Made by a program: the position numbers and the translations under genes. Below, piece by piece: positions 32,117-36,834 of a stretch of 36,834 nt of DNA (position 1 is its first letter; each line of letters begins with the position of its first letter). The stretch lies in NCBI GenBank assembly GCA_012518325.1, contig JAAYSR010000015.1:1-36834 (forward strand). The letters are read 5' to 3'. Source of the DNA: Bacillota bacterium (lineage in GTDB: Bacteria > Bacillota > Limnochordia > Darwinibacteriales > Darwinibacteriaceae). The notes beneath the pieces were generated by a model. The model ran no database searches, was not told where the DNA came from, and worked only from the letters and a program-made list of their open reading frames with translations.

Positions 32117-33877
32117 TTAGCTGACGCTTTCAATCTGTTCTTCCAAGAGCTGCTTCTGGTACATCTCTTTGTAGAGACCTTCTTCCAGCACCAGTTCGTC
32201 GTGGGTGCCCCTTTGGGTAATCCTGCCCTCTTCCAGGACCAGAATCTGGTCTGCACCCTGCAAAGTGGAGATGCGGTGGGAGACAATAATTACCGTCTTG
32301 CCCGGGAAGACCCGGCGCAGGTTCTGCAAAATCGCCTCTTCTGTCTCGGTGTCGACAGCAGAGAGGCTGTCATCCATAATCAAAATCTGGGGTTCCTTGA
32401 TCAAAGCCCTGGCGATGGCAATGCGCTGCTTCTGCCCGCCGGATAAGGTGACCCCCCGCTCGCCCACCATAGTCTCAAACTGGTTGGGAAAGTCCATAAT
32501 ATTGTCGTAAACCTGCGCGATCTTGGCGTATTCCACGACCTTATCCATGTCGCTGCCGGTATCGGCAAAGTCAATGTTCTGCCGAATGGTGGCTGAGAAC
32601 AAAAAGCTGTCCTGGGGAACATAGCCGATGCTGTCCCTCAAAACCTCCAGGGAGATCTGGTCAATATCCACCCCGTCAATTTTGATCATGCCCGGCTCCA
32701 CATTGTAGAGCCTCAACAGCAGATTAAGCAGCGTAGTTTTGCCGGAGCCTGTCCGCCCTAAAATACCCACCACCTGCCCAGCTTCAATCTTGGCGGTGAT
32801 GTCCTGAAGGACGGGCCTTGTTGAAGTCGGATAAGCAAAGGTCAGGCCATTAAGCTCGATCTCTCCTCTGATCTCAGCCAGGACGCCGGCTTCGCCCGGA
32901 TCCAGAATATCTGACTTTTGGCAGAAGATATCGTTGAGGCGATCCATGGAGGCCTTGCCCCTTTGGATCATGTTGATCACCCAGCCTATGGCCATCACCG
33001 GCCAGGTCAGCATGCCCAGGTAGCTGTTAAAGGCAACAAAGTCGCCGATGGTGATGCTGCCGTCCAACACCAGTATGCCCCCGTAGCCCAGGAGAATAAT
33101 AAAACTTAAAGCTCCCAGATAGCCCACCAAGGGGTGAAAGAGGGCGTGTACCCGCACCAGGTGCATATTCCTGGCCACATTGTGCTCATTGACCTCCCGG
33201 AAGCGCTCTTCCTCGCTTTTTTCCCGGGCAAAGCCCTTAATGACACGGATGCCGGCGAAGTTTTCCTGCACCCTGTCGGTAAGCAGGGAAAACGCCTCCT
33301 GGACCCGACGGAACCTGCCATGGATGATCCGGCCGAAGCCCATGGTGACCGCCAGCATAAAGGGCAGCGGCAGAAGGGCCACCAGAGTGAGGCGCAGATT
33401 GATCGTCCTGGCCATGGTAACAATGATGATGGTGGTCAAAAACAGGGCGTCCACCGAACTGACAATGCCGGGGCCCAAAGCCATGCGCACCGCACGGATG
33501 TCGTTGGTGGCATGGGCCATCAGATCGCCTGTCTTGTGGTAGTTGAAAAACTCTGTAGGCAGGCCCTGCAAATGGTCAAAGAGCATGTTGCGGAGGGTAT
33601 ACTCCATCCTGCGGGCGGTCCCCATAATGTTGATCCGCCAAAAATAGCGGAAGACGGCTATCCCGACGGACAGCCCGATAAACTTGCCCATAAAGACCAA
33701 TAGGTCACCTCGGGTGAAATCACCCGAGGCAACTACATTTGTGAGGTTGCCCAGCATTTTCGGGATAATCAGCTGAGCTATATTCGTCATGAGCAGGGCG
33801 CCAATGCCCAAGAGATAAAAACGTTTATGTTCAAGTATAAAGTCTTTTAGTCTGAGAAAGCTCCTAATTGTTTTCAC
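32117..33877 (-). CDS. ABC exporter, fused permease/ATPase, short subunit of a heterodimer (YheI/BmrC-like) with a non-canonical Walker B
   Basis: In the 586 aa ORF, Walker A is GRTGSGKTT, the signature is LSGGQ, and Walker B is ILIMDDS (Asp replaces the catalytic Glu). The GTG start lies 12 nt after the stop of the upstream oxidoreductase. Confidence 0.85.
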   Translation of the reverse strand: MKTIRSFLRLKDFILEHKRFYLLGIGALLMTNIAQLIIPKMLGNLTNVVASGDFTRGDLLVFMGKFIGLSVGIAVFRYFWRINIMGTARRMEYTLRNMLFDHLQGLPTEFFNYHKTGDLMAHATNDIRAVRMALGPGIVSSVDALFLTTIIIVTMARTINLRLTLVALLPLPFMLAVTMGFGRIIHGRFRRVQEAFSLLTDRVQENFAGIRVIKGFAREKSEEERFREVNEHNVARNMHLVRVHALFHPLVGYLGALSFIILLGYGGILVLDGSITIGDFVAFNSYLGMLTWPVMAIGWVINMIQRGKASMDRLNDIFCQKSDILDPGEAGVLAEIRGEIELNGLTFAYPTSTRPVLQDITAKIEAGQVVGILGRTGSGKTTLLNLLLRLYNVEPGMIKIDGVDIDQISLEVLRDSIGYVPQDSFLFSATIRQNIDFADTGSDMDKVVEYAKIAQVYDNIMDFPNQFETMVGERGVTLSGGQKQRIAIARALIKEPQILIMDDSLSAVDTETEEAILQNLRRVFPGKTVIIVSHRISTLQGADQILVLEEGRITQRGTHDELVLEEGLYKEMYQKQLLEEQIESVS

Positions 33878-33889
33878 TCCCCTGACATT

Positions 33890-34870
33890 CTAGCCCAGCG
33901 CAACGGGTTTTTTCTCCTGGGCAGACCTGTAGGCCGCCAAGGCGACTTCCAGGGCCTTCAGGCCGTCATAGCCGGTAATCGTGGGCTCGCGATCCTCGAC
34001 AATCATCTGGATGAAGTCCTGGATCAGCCCTAAATCCATGTCTTCAGCAAAAGACCGTTCCGACACTTTGCGGTGGGCGTCGTCATAGACTACGAAATTC
34101 TGGGCAAAGGCATCCAGGTCAATCATGCCCTGGGTCCCAATGATCCGCATGGTAACATTGCCCCAGGTTGGAAAGGTCATGGGTCTGGACCAGCTTGGAT
34201 CCTGGGTGACAATGGTGCCGTCTTCCAGCTCCATGCTAAGCATGCCGCAATCGTCAATGCCTGTATCCCAAAGCATATTGTCAACTTCAGCGTACACCGA
34301 GACAAACTCCTTGCCCAAAAACCAGCGAATCAGATCTACTACATGAACGGTATGATCCATCACCGCGCCTCCGCCGGCAAGTTCCGGGTCAGCAAACCAG
34401 CCGCCGGGCATTTGGCCCTGGTTTGTGCCGACGATGGCCAGCACCTTGCCGACCGCTCCACTATCAAGCATTTCCTTGACCCTAAGCACCGGGGTGACAA
34501 AGCGGACGGGAAAGGCAATCTGCAGTTTCACGCCGGCCCTGGCGCAGGCATCGATCATGGCTCGGGCGTCCTCTAACGTGGTAGCAATCGGTTTTTCACA
34601 GAGGACATGGCAGCCGTGCTTGGCAGCAAGCTCAGTAAACTCACGGTGCCGGCTGTTCTCGGAGCAAATGATCACAGCGTCTGTCTGGGACAGAAGCTCG
34701 GCGGGATCTGCAAAATATTCGGTGCCCATCTCCTTAGCCCCCTGCATCCCCCGCTCCTGATCGGGATCATAGATGCCGACGAGCCTGCAGCCGGTCAGGC
34801 CGTTGATCGCCCGGCCATAGCTGTGGGCGTGCAAATGGGCAATGCTCAAAAATCCTATCCTAACTACCAC
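33890..34870 (-). CDS. Gfo/Idh/MocA family oxidoreductase (atypical N-terminal dinucleotide motif)
   Basis: The 326 aa ORF has the family EKP motif (CEKPIA) and a C-terminal alpha/beta domain. The N-terminus reads VRIGFLSIAHLHAHSYG in place of the usual GxGxxG/A. Confidence 0.75.
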   Translation of the reverse strand: MVVRIGFLSIAHLHAHSYGRAINGLTGCRLVGIYDPDQERGMQGAKEMGTEYFADPAELLSQTDAVIICSENSRHREFTELAAKHGCHVLCEKPIATTLEDARAMIDACARAGVKLQIAFPVRFVTPVLRVKEMLDSGAVGKVLAIVGTNQGQMPGGWFADPELAGGGAVMDHTVHVVDLIRWFLGKEFVSVYAEVDNMLWDTGIDDCGMLSMELEDGTIVTQDPSWSRPMTFPTWGNVTMRIIGTQGMIDLDAFAQNFVVYDDAHRKVSERSFAEDMDLGLIQDFIQMIVEDREPTITGYDGLKALEVALAAYRSAQEKKPVALG

Positions 34871-34882
34871 TGCAATCCCTCC

Positions 34883-35857
34883 CTAAATTTCCACGACTCG
34901 GCCGGTGCGGGCAGATTCAACTGCGGCAAGTGCAATTTCCAGCGCACCGAAGGCGTCTTCCACAGTAACCAACGGCTGGCGGTCTTCAGTGATGGCCTCC
35001 ACCATATCCTGAAGCTCCAAGGCGTACGGGTTGGCCGCAACAGCTCCCGCCTGGGCAGAAACTCCAGGCACTGTCATGGCGGCCAGCGGGCTGGATTTAC
35101 GGCTGTCAAAGGTGATCAGCCCGTCCTTGCCGGCAACTTCCACAGCGGTGTAAAACTGGCCTGGATAGTTCGTCCAGCTCGCCTCAAGATGGGCGATGAC
35201 TCCGCTCTTAAAGCGCAAAACCGCCATGGCATGTTCCAGCCTGACCTCTGTGCGCCCGCAGGTGCTCTTGGCGTAGACCCTCTCCACATCGCCAAAGAGC
35301 CATCGACAATAATCCAGATCGTGGATCATCAGATCCAGGATAACTCCGCCGCTTAGGTTAAAGTTGGCAAACCAGTCCTGCCAGCCCTCGGGGAACTGGC
35401 TGCCTCCCCGAAAGGTTCGCACAACCCCGATCCTGCCCACTTCACCCTGCTCAACGCTGCGGCGGATGCCCCTGTAAGCGGGAGTAAAGCGCACGACATG
35501 GCCGATGCCGATTTTCTTCCGGTAACCCTTGGCAAGTTCCACCAGGCGCCGTCCTTCCTCCAGGCTTCGGGCCAGGGGCTTTTCACAAAAAATGTGTTTG
35601 TCTGCTTCCATGGCCTGCACCATCATGGCCTCATGGAGATGGGTAGGTACGCAAATGTCGATCAAATCCACCTCAGCGGCGTCAAGCATCGCTTCCATGC
35701 TCTCTGCCGCAACTACACCATAGTCCCTTTGGGCACGGGCCCTGGCCTCAGGATCCACATCAGCCACCGCCACAAGTTGGCAGCCGGGAACTTCCTGCAG
35801 CGCCTCGCAATGGACCTGGCCGATGGTACCGTAACCAACTACTCCCACTCGGATCAT
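34883..35857 (-). CDS. Gfo/Idh/MocA family NAD(P)-dependent oxidoreductase
   Basis: The 324 aa ORF has the Rossmann motif IRVGVVGYGTIGQVH, the EKP motif (CEKPLA), and a typical C-terminal domain. Confidence 0.8.
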   Translation of the reverse strand: MIRVGVVGYGTIGQVHCEALQEVPGCQLVAVADVDPEARARAQRDYGVVAAESMEAMLDAAEVDLIDICVPTHLHEAMMVQAMEADKHIFCEKPLARSLEEGRRLVELAKGYRKKIGIGHVVRFTPAYRGIRRSVEQGEVGRIGVVRTFRGGSQFPEGWQDWFANFNLSGGVILDLMIHDLDYCRWLFGDVERVYAKSTCGRTEVRLEHAMAVLRFKSGVIAHLEASWTNYPGQFYTAVEVAGKDGLITFDSRKSSPLAAMTVPGVSAQAGAVAANPYALELQDMVEAITEDRQPLVTVEDAFGALEIALAAVESARTGRVVEI

Positions 35858-35930
35858 ACAAACACCTCACCTCAGTCTAGTACTTAACTAAATTCTAGAA
35901 TATGGGTTGAATCCCTGCATAAAATCGGGG

Positions 35931-35968
35931 ACAAATAAAGCTGCCCCCGGCCTGAACCTGGGGCAGCG
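35931..35968 (-). terminator. Intrinsic terminator after the ABC permease gene
   Basis: The minus-strand RNA reads GCUGCCCC-AGGUUCAGGCCG-GGGGCAGC followed by UUUAUUUGU. Confidence 0.7.
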
Positions 35969-35986
35969 TGTTGGCTTGCTAAGAGA

Positions 35987-36793
35987 TTATGCCCTCCCGC
36001 GGGTCACTCTTTGCTCCAGGAGAGTGACGGCGTAGTAAAGGATGACCGAGACCACAAGGAGCAGCAGCACACTGGCCATCACCAACGACATGTTAAAGAC
36101 CTGGCCGCCGTAGATGATCAAGTAGCCCAGCCCTGCCTTGGAGGCCAAAAACTCACCGACAATTGTGCCCACCAAAGAAAGGCCGACATTCACTTTAAGG
36201 GCGGCGATCATAGTGGGCACACTGGCGGGGATAATCACTTTGCGCAAAACCTGGCCCTTGGTGCCGCCGAAGGTGTGCACCAGCTTGATCAGGTTGGGAT
36301 CCACCTCTTTAAAGCCGGTGTGCATCATCATAATCGCCACGATAATCGAAACCGAAATCGCCATGGCCACAACCGCGGTGATTGTGGTGCCCAGCCAGAC
36401 CACAAAGATCGGTCCCAAGGCCACCTTAGGCACACTGTTTAGAACTACAATATAGGGATCCATTACCTTAGAGAAAAAGGCGGACCACCAAAGCAGAACG
36501 GCAATCACAATCCCCACTGCGGTGCCGATGGTGAAGCCTAGGACAGTTTCATAAACCGTCCAGCCCAGATGCTTCCAAAGCTCCCCTTCCCTGGCCAGCC
36601 GCACCACCGCAGCCCAGATCCGGGTCGGCTGCGAGGAGATAAAGGCGTTGATCCAGCCCCTGGAGGCCGCTATTTCCCACAGCACAAAGAGCCCGACCAG
36701 GATCAGAAGCTGGGTTCCCCGCACACACAGGGCCTTCAGGCGCAGGCTGCGCAGGTAGCGAAGGTGTTCAGCTGAGTAGTTTTCACTGGACAT
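35987..36793 (-). CDS. ABC transporter permease, NitT/TauT (SsuC/TauC-like) family
   Basis: The 268 aa ORF has 6 TM-type segments and a binding-protein-dependent transport signature region (...KLVHTFGGTKGQVLRKVIIPASVPTMIAALKVNVGLSLVGTIVGEF). Substrate cannot be assigned from sequence. Confidence 0.8.
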   Translation of the reverse strand: MSSENYSAEHLRYLRSLRLKALCVRGTQLLILVGLFVLWEIAASRGWINAFISSQPTRIWAAVVRLAREGELWKHLGWTVYETVLGFTIGTAVGIVIAVLLWWSAFFSKVMDPYIVVLNSVPKVALGPIFVVWLGTTITAVVAMAISVSIIVAIMMMHTGFKEVDPNLIKLVHTFGGTKGQVLRKVIIPASVPTMIAALKVNVGLSLVGTIVGEFLASKAGLGYLIIYGGQVFNMSLVMASVLLLLVVSVILYYAVTLLEQRVTRGRA

Positions 36794-36834
36794 CTGTGTT
36801 CAGCTCCTTCCAGATCGCCCCGAAATACTGGCGG
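36783..36834 (-). CDS. 3' end of an upstream CDS; product unknown, plausibly the partner ABC component
   Basis: The minus-strand frame reads ...RQYFGAIWKELNTDVQ* with a TGA at 36785-36783, overlapping the permease ATG (ATGTCCAGTGA). Only 16 codons are visible. Confidence 0.4.
   Translation of the reverse strand, partial: RQYFGAIWKELNTDVQ

Overview
This window is a core housekeeping region, almost entirely on the minus strand, from a Firmicutes/Clostridia-type chromosome that looks like an endospore former. It is colinear with the Bacillus subtilis yloA-to-yloV block read backwards. In order it holds degV (partial), fakA, asp23, rpmB (+), thiN, rpe, rsgA, a PASTA Ser/Thr kinase, a PP2C phosphatase, rlmN, rsmB, fmt, def, priA, rpoZ, gmk, remA, yicC, a Ca-type P-ATPase and rqcH (+). 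Next come an RsfA-like Myb/coiled-coil factor (+) and an AzgA/NCS2 purine permease. These are followed by a BmrCD-like heterodimeric ABC exporter packed behind two Gfo/Idh/MocA oxidoreductases, then a NitT/TauT-type ABC permease. RNA features are one tRNA-Pro(CGG), one clear TPP riboswitch ahead of thiT-thiN, and several intrinsic terminators. I found no CRISPR array, IS or transposase, prophage, or recognisable defence genes, and I do not see a convincing new multi-gene system. Four things deserve a second look. (1) A strongly promoted, ORF-free structured leader sits upstream of the canonical TPP riboswitch and contains a second, truncated TPP-aptamer-like element. (2) A small insertion between rlmN and rsmB carries a Spo0A-family regulator with a diverged recognition helix, tRNA-Pro, and a stand-alone integrase-N-terminal-like ORF. 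(3) An actinobacterial-style FHA/PP2C/SEDS/PBP/PASTA-kinase block and an mIHF-like protein sit inside Firmicute synteny. (4) An asymmetric ABC exporter appears fused into an operon with two oxidoreductases. All calls come from reading the sequence and ORF translations. No database searches or folding programs were run.
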